From Balanoglossus misakiensis (taxonomy: Eukaryota > Animalia > Hemichordata): 64,000 bases of DNA. The position numbers were made by a program, and so were the translations under genes. The notes beneath the pieces are model-generated. The model did no database searches and was not told the origin of the DNA. It saw nothing but the letters and a program-made list of their open reading frames with translations. The stretch is from contig CM082589.2 in NCBI GenBank assembly GCA_040954595.2, positions 6,941,186 to 7,005,185 on the forward strand. The letters run 5' to 3'. Positions 39,132-50,480 of the stretch are shown in pieces. Position 1 is the first letter of the stretch; each line of letters opens with the position of its first letter.

Positions 39132-39613
39132 TGATAATACAAATAAATGCACTGTTTAAACCTCATCAAAACAGAAAGACTTGTTTTCTATTTCAACATG
39201 TTTGAGCACTTGATTGTCACTGCAGACACAAGTTTTCTGGGATAACTTTGGTCATAATTTTAGCAGATTGTTTTTATAAGGTGCTGAATCTCACCTCTTT
39301 TACAGGTACACACCACACACTTTGTCTACATCATAAAACTATTTATGAGAAGTAACTATAAACAACATAAACAACATTTGATAATACAAATAAATGGACT
39401 GTTAAATCTCAATAAAACAGAAAGACTTGTTTTCTATTTCAACATGTTTTCACTTGATTGCCACTGCAGACACAAGTTTTCTGGGATAACTTTGGTCAGA
39501 ATTTTAGCAGATATAATTATTTTTATAAGGTGCTGAATCTCACCTCTTTTACAGATACACACCACACACTTTGTCTACATCAAACAATTATTTATGAGAA
39601 GCAACCATAAACA
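39132..39613. repeat. Diverged ~240-bp local duplication in the spacer between copies 3 and 4
   Basis: TTGATAATACAAATAAATG...TTTATGAGAAG block occurs at ~39132 and ~39378; single copy in the other spacers. Confidence 0.8.
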
Positions 39614-39676
39614 AGAGCTCACATGCACTAATTTGACAAAAGTTTACAGCATATTTTCTTATGAAAGTTTAACAAG

Positions 39677-40887
39677 CAGTGTTGCAGCCAGCGTGCGCCC
39701 TTGCGACAATGACCCCAAAACTGAAGCCACGGGCGCACTTTCTGGCATACTGCGGGTCACCACGGGCGCACTCTGAGAGTAAAAAATAGCCGGCGCTAAC
39801 TGATGGGTGTACACGTACAAAGAGATTCACTTGTCACAGTTTATGACCTTACGACCTGTAATCGATACAGATAACATCTTCATAGCAAACTTGTAGCAAA
39901 CTTGAGTCCCTCGAGGGACTGTGGTTTATCGTTGAATTTGATACAGTTTACGTACACGCAGCCACCCTCTTGGGAATTGTAATAGTAATACATTGCGATA
40001 TCACGCCTATATCGGACTCAGCTGTGCAGGCAGTGAACTACCGTGACTCCAATTGCTTCTCTGAAACCGACTCTGTCCATGAGTACCAGCAGTCTCAGTT
40101 TTGTTGAAAATCCTCCCACTGAACTTTTAATGTAGATTCAACTGCTAATTTCTTGGATAAGACTCCAAAAAGACAGAGTTGGGAGTATTCGTATTACATG
40201 CTTTAGGACCCCTAGCCAGACAACAATTGATCTTGGAATGAATTCCCTAGCTTTTAGAAATACCCTATTTATTTTATATAATGGGGAACAAGTTTTCTCA
40301 AATTTACTCCTAAAATAATAAAGGACTTGAAAGAATTTAAATTAGTCATTTTTCCTCCACCCCTCCAGCTGAGCAGGTTATTTGGAATAAAGCCAGAATT
40401 CTTGTCAACAACAAGTCTGTTTTTCATCCTTATTTGTATAAAAAGGGGGGGATTATTCATCTTTCTGATAGTTTGGTAAAAACTCTAAATTTAGAAATGA
40501 AGCAGATTTAAAAGATCTTGAATGTAATCAAAATCAGAAAAGTAAAACAAAGACGCATAAACAGTAATCGGCAGTGACTTTAATTATCAGAACAATAGTG
40601 ATCAGATCTTGTCTGTTGTGAACACGTGATTTGTACAATATGTACAAAATGCAGGTTAAAGTATATGGTCATTGTGACACAGACCAAGGAGTCTGAGTGT
40701 TTTATTAAAAACATCAAATTATACAATTTAATGTGGTATGTCATTGTGTATGTATGTGTACGTTTATGCATGGACATACATGTATGCCCATGGTTTATGT
40801 TGTCCCCAAAATATGCAAAATGTCCCCAAAAATAAATAGTGCGGGGACACAGTGTCCCCTGTTATAAAATTCCTGGCTGCAACACTG
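39677..40887. mobile_element. Non-autonomous DNA transposon, 1211 bp, 15-bp TIR, 7-bp TSD
   Basis: CAGTGTTGCAGCCAG ... CTGGCTGCAACACTG flanked by TAACAAG (39670-39676 and 40888-40894). Subterminal repeats CACGGGCGCACT x2 and TGTCCCCAAAA x2. Empty site in paralogous spacers (~30145, ~34823). No transposase ORF. Confidence 0.9.
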
Positions 40888-41777
40888 TAACAAGGTGTAT
40901 AACCTTTGGTTATCTGTACACAGGTCAGACACAGATTGGAATTCTGTGTACACAGACTCTGCTATTAAACTCAACATCAGCATGTAGTATTGTGCATGCA
41001 ACACTGAACTCAGAGAAGAAATTCTCCTGCTAATAATCATGGCGTATGATCAATTATCATCCCCTTCAAGTCAATCACAATTTGTCCTACAGACTATCAA
41101 GGGAAAATTGTATTAAAACCACTCACTCCTAGACAATAAAAACCTTATACCCAGTTCATGTACATTTGAAATTTCAACGTTGAAGAAAAAAAGTGTGGGA
41201 AAAACTAAAGTCTGGAAAGATGTTAGAGACAACAACATTCATTAACTCCCAGGACTAGTATTGGATGATTACCGTACCAATAAAATGATGCTCAAATGTT
41301 ACCCATGATGCAGTTGAAAATATTCTGATGCAAAGAAAAATACTATTCTTGTTTAATATAAAGAGTGATTTGGTAAATATTTCTTAAAATCGGTCGATCT
41401 TCAATTGTGTTGACCAGGAATTAAAGAAACTAATATAAACACTTCCTCCTTGGTGTCCAAATGAAAATGAAAATATCCAAAGCTTTAAAATTTCTAAACA
41501 GGTTCAACTGGTTCATTTTTTTTTTGCTTTTGTCCATAAATCTATTTATATATGCTATCAAATTTGTCACATACATGTATCAGTGTGTACGATATACTTC
41601 AGAACAGTTAGTTTCTTCAAGTTCCTCAATTTGAAAAGCCATTTTTACCAGAAGACTGATCCCAATTGTTGAATGTCACTTTTACCCACACCCACCCACA
41701 CACAAGGCATTTGGCTGTGTTCCAGTCAATGCAATACATGCAAGTCTTGTTCTGTCTGTCATTGAATACAGTGTCCC

Positions 41778-44027
41778 TCACAGAACGTACACTCTGATGC
41801 AGTGGTTTCCAAAGTCAGCTACAAACAGCTTTGTGGGCACACCATCAGCTACAACCATTCCTCTTGGGTAATTCAGTCCATCTTCCTTTCTATCAACACG
41901 GGATATGAATCTTCCACTGAAGTCAAACTTCTGAATGCGATCACACCAATCAGTGACATACACATATCTGTCGGGGTCAAGACACACACCAGATGGACAC
42001 CACAGCTGACCATCCCCTTTCCCAAAGATTCCAAATTTGTACAGGAACTGATCATCTGCATTGAATACCTGAACGCGGTCATTGTCACAGTCTGCTACAA
42101 ACAGTATTCCTTGGTTGTCCACCACCATCATGTATGGCCCTTTGAATTCGACATTGTTGTCACCATAGTTACCGAAAGACTTGATGTACTGACCATCCTG
42201 TGTGTACTTTCTGATACAGTGTCCTGCAGTCTTGTCTGTGTCATCTCCAAACTCTCCATCCCAGTCTGACACATAAACAGCGCCATCTAGAGGGCTAATA
42301 CAGATACCTCTTGGATACTTCAGTTCAGTTTGTCCAAAGAATTTGATTACATTCCCATCCTCATCACTGACAACCACTTGTTCATTGTTCAAATCTGTCA
42401 TGAAGTATCTGTTATCGGCTGATACAGCTACATCAAGTGGAAGGAACTTCTTCTCAAACTTTGTAAATGTCAACGATTTCTTCCACTTCCCATCCATGCC
42501 AATAACTTCTATTCTGTTGTTATTAAAGTCAGCTACAACCAAATCTCCGTTTTTACTGATGGCCAAACTCTCAGAAGTGTTGAACTCTCCTTTACCACTG
42601 CCTTTCTTTCCCAGTGTTTTCACCAATCCTTTAATGACATCAATTTCAAACGGTGATCCAGGTATTTTCTGATCTCCTATCACCATGGTAACTTGATATT
42701 TGCCCTCCATCTGTGTGTGAATGGTTGCAGTGTGTGTGCCGTCTCCGTTGTCAATCACATCCAGATTTTCCTGGTATCCATTTGGCTTTGTGATTGTCAC
42801 TTTCACTTCTTGTCTTGGGATGACTGTTTTCCCGGATTTATCCTTGGTTGTGATCACTACATCAACAGATTCACCTTTCAGGAGACTCTTCGGAATGTTG
42901 TCGACTGTACACTCTGAGATGCACACATCAGACTTCACCAATCCCAGATTTCCATCTTTTGTAACATTATCAGACGACACAAACTCTACCACCTCACATG
43001 TTATGTCTGGTTTGGTATCCATAGCAACCAACTCTTCCATTTGACCCATTACAGCTGGACTGCTGGAAACCAGTTGGGATGGTACCCCATGATGCATCAT
43101 GGTTTCAACATAACTGCAAGTGGTGACAAGTTTTTCATATTTCAACTGGAGATCATCCATCTCTGCTTGGAGACCTTTGACCTCTAGACTGCAATTCACG
43201 TTCAACTTCTTCACAAGCTCTCTCTCCTCGTTCTCTATCTTGTCAATGAGGGCGTCCTTCTGTCTGGTGACTTTCTGTTTCTCTGCTGCACACTTTTCGG
43301 TCACATCATTACACGCAGCCATAACCACTGCTGTATTTTTGTCTACATCTTGAGCTTTCACTTTCAACTTCTCCACCATCTCAGACATCTTCTTACTGCA
43401 TTCATCAGCAACAACTTGAAGGTATTGATGGGTGTGGTCAGGAATTCGATGATCGATTATGGTACACTCACTACAGATTGGAATCTGACAAGTTGTACAG
43501 TAATATTTGACCTCATTTTGGGGATGATCTTTGCAGTATAAAGCCTTTTTTAAAACTGCTCTCCGACCCATATCTTTCTTGTATTCTTCTACGGTCAGTA
43601 TTTCGTGTGTTGGAGCACGCTTCAACTTCTTGTGAATTTTTTCAAGGCAGACATCACAGTAATACTGGTGACAATCTTCACAGAACACTGCGGCCTCAAC
43701 TTCTCCACAAGATTCACACTTACTTGATTGTTGCATGCTGGCTGCTTCTTTTCTACTCTCCACAGTTTGCAAGAGTGAATTCATGAAGAAACTGTTGGTG
43801 AGTTTGGACACTCTGCCACCAGGAAGTTGAACTGGACTCTGACAAGTAGGGCAGTGCAGCCGACCAGTTTTTGCCACCAGTTTTTCCAGACAGGGAAGAC
43901 AGAAGGAATGATAACAGGGTAGAATTTTGGGATTCTTTAACTGTTCCAGACATACAACACAGGACAAGAAATCGTCACCGATTTCATCCAGAATCTCGTC
44001 AGATGTTTTCAGTTTAGAGGCCGCCAT
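41778..44027 (-). CDS. TRIM-NHL E3 ligase copy 4, 749 aa
   Basis: Intact ORF with the same domains as copy 1; cccag acceptor 72 nt upstream of the ATG. Confidence 0.95.
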   Translation of the reverse strand: MAASKLKTSDEILDEIGDDFLSCVVCLEQLKNPKILPCYHSFCLPCLEKLVAKTGRLHCPTCQSPVQLPGGRVSKLTNSFFMNSLLQTVESRKEAASMQQSSKCESCGEVEAAVFCEDCHQYYCDVCLEKIHKKLKRAPTHEILTVEEYKKDMGRRAVLKKALYCKDHPQNEVKYYCTTCQIPICSECTIIDHRIPDHTHQYLQVVADECSKKMSEMVEKLKVKAQDVDKNTAVVMAACNDVTEKCAAEKQKVTRQKDALIDKIENEERELVKKLNVNCSLEVKGLQAEMDDLQLKYEKLVTTCSYVETMMHHGVPSQLVSSSPAVMGQMEELVAMDTKPDITCEVVEFVSSDNVTKDGNLGLVKSDVCISECTVDNIPKSLLKGESVDVVITTKDKSGKTVIPRQEVKVTITKPNGYQENLDVIDNGDGTHTATIHTQMEGKYQVTMVIGDQKIPGSPFEIDVIKGLVKTLGKKGSGKGEFNTSESLAISKNGDLVVADFNNNRIEVIGMDGKWKKSLTFTKFEKKFLPLDVAVSADNRYFMTDLNNEQVVVSDEDGNVIKFFGQTELKYPRGICISPLDGAVYVSDWDGEFGDDTDKTAGHCIRKYTQDGQYIKSFGNYGDNNVEFKGPYMMVVDNQGILFVADCDNDRVQVFNADDQFLYKFGIFGKGDGQLWCPSGVCLDPDRYVYVTDWCDRIQKFDFSGRFISRVDRKEDGLNYPRGMVVADGVPTKLFVADFGNHCIRVYVL

Positions 44028-46319
44028 TATGATGTTTAGTCGAGTCACGCAGCTTTGGTACTGGCCAGACAATGACGCATACACTATGTACACAGTCACC
44101 TGGGTACAGTTGATAACGAAAATCCTAGAACAGGGTGACCGGCGTTATCAGTATACGATAATCAATATACTCATATATCATTCTGTACATGTATCCTGAC
44201 CTCAATGACACTAACAACCAAACTCCGCACATTAGGACTGGGTGCAAACTTCATTTTAAGTTCGCGTACCAAAATGTGATTTTTACAATGTAACAACCAG
44301 TCCTCTCACAACATGTCTTTTACCGTTTTTACCATTGGACTAGCGGTGTCATGGGTGTATGTAAAACACATACCGGTAGATGTCATTTTCTGTATACAAG
44401 AAATATCTGAAAGATGATGTTTGTATGGATGGGAGCCCTCTATAGGCTAGTATTTGAGCAAAAATGACCCTCAATAAGAAACAAAATCAGTCTTACATGC
44501 GACAGAAATTCAATAACTAGTTCACACTCTGTAAAAATATTCCAGATATCCAGAAATTTAAAAAAAATATGTGGATTCTTGCATGGAAAAAAACCATTAC
44601 ACTGTGGTGTCTCAGGGATAGCTAATTACTCGAGAGGACTATTACTTCAAAAAGTATGACATCAATCGCCGGCTGATGATGTCATAAGTGTAGATTGCGT
44701 TGAATCGAACATTTCCAAACGTGACGTCATCACTGATTGTTGATGTCATAGATGTGGGTTACTGGTTGTGTCTGGCGGATTTCGGTCAATCTTGTATTGT
44801 CAATTCTTGATTGCTGACACAACCAACGCACAGTATCAAGATACACTTTGGTGGGTGGGTGGGCTAAAGTATAGGTGAAAAGACTGGAAAATGTGACATC
44901 ATCACCAACTCCAGTGATGTCATAGAATAGATATCTGCAGGGTAATGTATTTTTTATAGTATTGATGATACTTAAAAATCTTGGAAATGACACTGACCTG
45001 CTGAAAAGCTAGTGTCTGTTTCCTGTGTTTTCTGTGGACAATGTTAGGTTTTGAAAAGGTTACAGTGGTCCACCATGGATGATTATGATGAGACTTGCCA
45101 AATTTTTTGAATGCCAACATCTAGATGAAACACTGAGTTTCTGCTTTTTCAATTGTCATATGTTCTTTCAAATATACAGGTACATAATAGCAGATACATG
45201 TACCTTCTATTGTAGAGCACCGTTACCAATGGCAGTACCCATTACGTCAACTCAAAGGCTATTTCTCTTATTTATTGCATTTCATGTAATTTTAATCCAG
45301 TTTCTGATTGTATCTACTATATCTACTCAGAGATATTGGCAATGTTATCCGGATGACTTTCATGTAATATGGGAAAATATTAACTTTCATTTAAATTAAA
45401 AACTGAAGACGCAGCAAAAAATTACACATTTCCCCATATAACAAAGATGGATTGACAATGTAACAGTATGTTTGTATTAGGGCACAATTAGGGGAGGGGG
45501 AGGGGAGCCTCAAACAGCATTGCACAAAACTGAACTGAATAGAAAGTGAGAGTGTGTGTGTGTGATTAGTGTAAAGGCTTTTTACTGGGAAATAGGACAA
45601 GGACTTTCTGACAAAGGACGTATTTAACATTGCAAAACATGATAGAATGTTAACACACTAATTACTTATATCAGCTACAAAATAATAATAACAGGACAAT
45701 TACTTAAATTAATATCAAAAGGACCGCATTAGCATGATAATTACTTGTATATTTATGCAATTCAGTCACAGTTCTGACAGGAATTCCTGGGAGAACACCG
45801 AAGGTCTGTAGTGTGATGTATCCATTGGAAACAACAAAGGAACATCTGAAGGAGAAAGATTGGGCAATTTGCAACACCTTCTAAAATGGTTTGGACTGTA
45901 TATAGCATTGAGGAGTATCTTTTTGTTCTGAGGAAAACAATGCAAAATAGAACAACTACGACCAATATGGTTGAAACTGGATGAGTAATAATAGTCAGAT
46001 GATGACTTGCGATTTCTGGTAAAACTATTATTAGTGTTACAGTATATGTTCATGTATGTTGATTTTAGTGACTGTGTCATCATTCAAATCTCAGTTTCCA
46101 ACTGGGTTGACACTAAGTTAACTCACGACTAGACTGGGTTAGCACTGGGCTAGCCCAGTTAGCACCTCACACTGTTGAAAATGCCAGCACAATTGTAACA
46201 CTGGGTTAGCTCAGGGTTAGCTAAATGGAATCCAGTGACATCAGTATTGTCAGGTACTGGTGTTGGAGTCCAATATAGACCACAGCTCAATAATAGATGA
46301 TTTTACACTCATATAAAGC

Positions 46320-46351
46320 TCTCGCGAGACTTGGTTGATTACCATAGCAAC
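46320..46351. promoter_or_regulatory. TCTCGCGAGA palindrome (BANP/ZBTB33-type promoter motif) next to an RFX X-box-like site
   Basis: TCTCGCGAGA at 46320-46329 and ATTACCATAGCAAC at 46338-46351. Motif match only. Confidence 0.35.
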
Positions 46352-49300
46352 GGGTTGCTAGCCAAGTAATACAAGTCAAGCTTTGTATGAAACGAGAATA
46401 GGTTTCAGAGTTTAACAAAAACTGTAATATGAGACTTGGCCAAACTCTCATGGCCTGATCCACTGTGACCTTACATTACCAGACATTTTTTTCACTTTGC
46501 ATAACAAACGTTGTCCTTTATACTTCCAGGTCATTTTGGGACTTCACAGCACAGATCTTATGAAGATGAAGAATGATTTATATATTTTAATTTGCCAGGA
46601 GAACACAGTACCATTAATCAATATAATTATGTTTTTATTCCGAGTATCAGACATGATAAAGAATAGGATGATCCCACTTTTGTCCTCATAGCCATCATCT
46701 CTGCTAAGACAATACTTTGGCTGATTTTCAAAGATTTTATCACTGCAGGGGAATTGTGTTATTTTGTTTGAAACATCTTTTATATCCATAAGATCTAGAA
46801 TTTGCTAGACATTAAAAATTCAGTTGTTCACTGTCTGCAATGAAATATATTTTTAAAAGTGCATGAAGAAAGAAAGATTTATTAGTTTCCATTTGCATAA
46901 TTTAAAATGATGCACATGAGGAAAGTTAATGCCATTTGTTGTTTATTACAATTTAAATAACCTGCAATCTCATATTTTTGTGGGATTTTTTTTTTTATTT
47001 GGCTACTGAAGTGATTCTGCTCATGGAAACATATTTAATCATCATTTCTTATATGTCAACTCTCTGCCTGGCTGCAAATCTAAATGCAAAATGACATAAT
47101 AACTGCCTCAAATCCATAATTTGACAGAACTATTGATATTCGCAACATTTGCATGATTTACACATATATGCAGATTATTCATATCCAGAATTGGCCATTT
47201 TATAGTTTTCCTAAAATTTTATATTTTGACTTTTTTTTCCAAACAATATTGGCAAATTCTCAGTAACTATCCATTGTTATATGTATAACAGGAACTGATA
47301 CTAGTATTTAATGCTGTATTTGTTACTATGTTTCCAAAATTTGAATATCCAAATTCTTTCAACCAAAGCTAAAGTTATAGGAAATACATACATGACAGCA
47401 ATCATCAATGTTCACTTTAACTGTAGTGTTACAACTATGTCAACTGTTACCAGGATCACTTCATTTAACTACATGTAGTTGTGTTCTGCCACAATCTGGT
47501 AATGAAACCTGGGAAGGAAGATGTTACAATACGAGAAGTTGGACCAATGGTACGTTACAAGGATGCTGTGTCCACATGAGAGAAACAGGAAGACCAGACC
47601 AAATTTTCAAGGAGACTGGAGAAAGTTGCAACAAAGCCTGGAGTGAAAATTACCCTGGAACTGGAAGGCTAGGAAGGTGAGACTGCCCTAATTGTTAAAT
47701 TTTAGCCAAATGCAAATGAACATCATTAACATAACAATAAAAAACCAGTGTTATGTAAATTACTCACCATAAATTCTAAGGGAGCATACACATTTTGCCC
47801 TTCACATACATATAAATATTAATAAGCAATTTCTTCATTAGAAGAAAGTACATGTATTTTAAAAGATTTTCAGTACGAGTCTGTGTGATCAGTAGTTCAC
47901 TGTGCAACACGTGAAACAGCAGACAATGATTTTTTTGCCTCTTACCTAGATTGTATAAGAATAATTCCTGATGATTTTCTTAATTGAGGAGTAGGTGGTG
48001 TAAACAACACTGTCTATGGTTGACTGCAAATGAACACCAATGCTTGTCCTCCAGATCACCCCCGCATCATGTCAGTGTCACAGCTGGTGCAATGCATTTT
48101 ACAAGCAGGAGTAATTTTTCTCAAGTTCATACGGAAAACCTAACAATATATAATACTTATAAAATACAAAGCTACTTGATAGTACCGGTACTAAATTTGG
48201 TTAAACAGCCTTTCACACCTTCACTTATATTTTAATAATAAAAAATTCACCTTGCCATACAGTCTTTCAAAGGGTATAAAAAATCAAACAGTCGAGTCCT
48301 TTTTTTATGAAATGGATATAAAAGTTACCCTCCGTAAGCACACTATTATCACAAATCAACTGAATAATAAAAAGATGCTCATAAATATATTGCAGTCATG
48401 TGTTTTCGTATCTGAAGACCCTACTTTTACAATATTTCAAAATTACGTGTCCCTGTTATTTTGCTGACAACACATATTTCAGCAGCCTCCGGGATGACGA
48501 AAATAAATGGACCACAGAATAATACACACTGCACAACAGAAATATTAAAAACCTTTATCCGAAGTTCCAGCTGTTGTCTCGTTTTACAATATTTTTTGTC
48601 CACGGCTAATCTAAATAGGCAGGTCGTCATTTTAAGTAAATATGCACATTTGTTACACGACTACATTTTGCCTAAACTGTATATGAGTCTTACTGCACAC
48701 AGAAAAATAAATAAATTGAATCACGCAAATAAAATATAATTATTGGCCATATCACACTCAGTGGCAAGTCACAAAGCAAGGAAGTGTCCCGGACTGGGAT
48801 TTGTGCTTCACGAACTTCAAGCCAGTGCAAGTGTTTGACATTTTAAAAAAAAGTAGGGCAACTTCCCTATTTACTTATAACTTTTTTTGCAAACAGCAGC
48901 AGGATGATAGTACCATTGCACTCTGTAAACTAGGTCAATCCATATGTATCTTGTTTACACAATGCAGGTCACTCTTGGTGTTTTTCACAATCTCTCTCTG
49001 TCACCCTGATTCATAAACTGTAACAGTCAAAACCGGTCTTCGTCTCCACAAATTAGACAGTATATTTTTAATTATTTTTCTCAAAATTAATAAAGGTCAT
49101 GTCCTTTGCAAATCCTAAAAGTGTATTAACCCTTACACCTTGGACATCGGGTATGCGGCACCACCATACAATCCAACCTTATTGTTTGTATTGTTCCACA
49201 CTACACATTAGAAAGTAGGCCAACCAGGTGAGCTCAATACCTCAACATGACCTACAGTAGTACAGGTGTAAACAGTGCACAGCATGATCAGATTACAGCT

Positions 49301-49913
49301 GTTACAATTTTTAATTCATCTGCAGCTGCAGAGAGTGGAAGATGGCAACGTTGAATGAACGTGCATTTGGTGCGGGGGACAGAGATCGATATCTTGGTTG
49401 AGTTGGCATGAGAGGGTTTTCCGGGCCACATATAACTGTCGCTTGGTCTCCACAAATGAATGACTTCTGAACAAAGAGGCTCGCTATATGTATAGTACAT
49501 ACACCAGTTCAGCGACTGACATTCGCGAGCGCATACCTGTATCGCTGGTTGTTGCTATTGAGGCGATTTTCGAATGTTGGGCGGTGATGCTAAACTGTGA
49601 TGAAAAATGCACTAAAATGGGTCGAAAATACATAATCGTTTTTTTCTTCTTTGCTTCGTCAGGGGACGACATACCGCAGGCTTCAAACTCCGAATGATAT
49701 GTACATTACCCAATGTAATTGACAACCCGTGTACTTACCAGCACCACCTGTCATCGTTACCTCACTTTGCGCGACCATTTCCCCACGAAAGAAAGTTCGC
49801 ATAATATTCGCCAGTCGCCAGGGAAAACGCGCCAATGACCAGGTACACACAGCTTCATTGCAGAATATACGACACGAAGATGCAGAAATTATAATTTGAC
49901 ATTTGTTACTTAC

Positions 49914-50042
49914 GTGCAGACGAGGAAGGCTTTTGAACAGCGAAGTACTGGAACTGAAAGATATGGCACCTCGGCGCTGGAGAACATGGTTGGGAATTGG
50001 TCTATCTAGGGGTAATACTGGTAACTGGTGGCATACCTCCAT
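49914..50042 (-). CDS. PDE7A: PDE7 coding exon 1 (PDE7A1-type N-terminus)
   Basis: MEVCHQLPVLPLDRPIPNHVLQRRGAISFSSSTSLFKSLPRLH|gtaagt, 129 nt, phase 0. Near-identical to recalled human PDE7A1 MEVCYQLPVLPLDRPVPQHVLSRRGAISFSSSSALF. Phase matches the exon at 3646. Confidence 0.93.
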
Positions 50043-50049
50043 TGCAAGG

Positions 50050-50480
50050 TGCAAAACTGGCAACATTTAAACAGTATACGGTAGAGTTTTGACAGTAAAA
50101 GTCTATCACAGGCTGGCGTCGGTAGAACGCCCTGTTGAAGTCTTCCGTCTGTCGACACACACTGCTTTTCCAGAAAAACTGGTTCGAGTATCCGTCCTTG
50201 TGAACCGCAGCCTATCCCGATATCCTTATAAGTCGTCGAATAAAATCACGCAGAGTCTACTGCTACCGGCAATTTCTGCATAATCTGTCATCTTTTCGAC
50301 TGTCCTCTGCATTTGTTGTCTCAAAACACAAAGGCATTGATCGGGCAAGCACCTTACAGCTCATTTCACAGGAAGCCAGTGTGTTCCCAGCATGCAGTGG
50401 GACAAAAACAGGAAGTGACGACATTTAATGAATATCAAAAAGGGGAATCCCCGGGTTCTATATTGGGAGTCAAGAAAGGT
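50050..50480. promoter_or_regulatory. Candidate bidirectional promoter PDE7(-)/ROCO(+), with ETS-CRE and kB sites and the putative ROCO non-coding exon 1 donor
   Basis: CpG-enriched; CAGGAAGTGACG at 50409-50420; GGGGAATCCCC at 50442-50452; plus-strand donor AAG|gtgagt at 50478/50479. Confidence 0.55.

Larger units (their letters stand above)
24790..44460 (-). repeat. Tandem segmental array of four TRIM-NHL units (~4.7-6.1 kb period)
   Basis: CDS and spacer blocks recur, e.g. GGTGCTGA(T/A)TCTCACCTCTTTT near 24872, 30006, 34679 and 39279/39529. Equivalent stop positions are 26255, 31039, 35715 and 41778. Confidence 0.95.

Noticed and set aside
26144-44199. Recurrent plus-strand ORFs overlapping the TRIM genes
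   Set aside because: Antisense shadows repeated only because the genes are duplicated; no domains and variable breaks.
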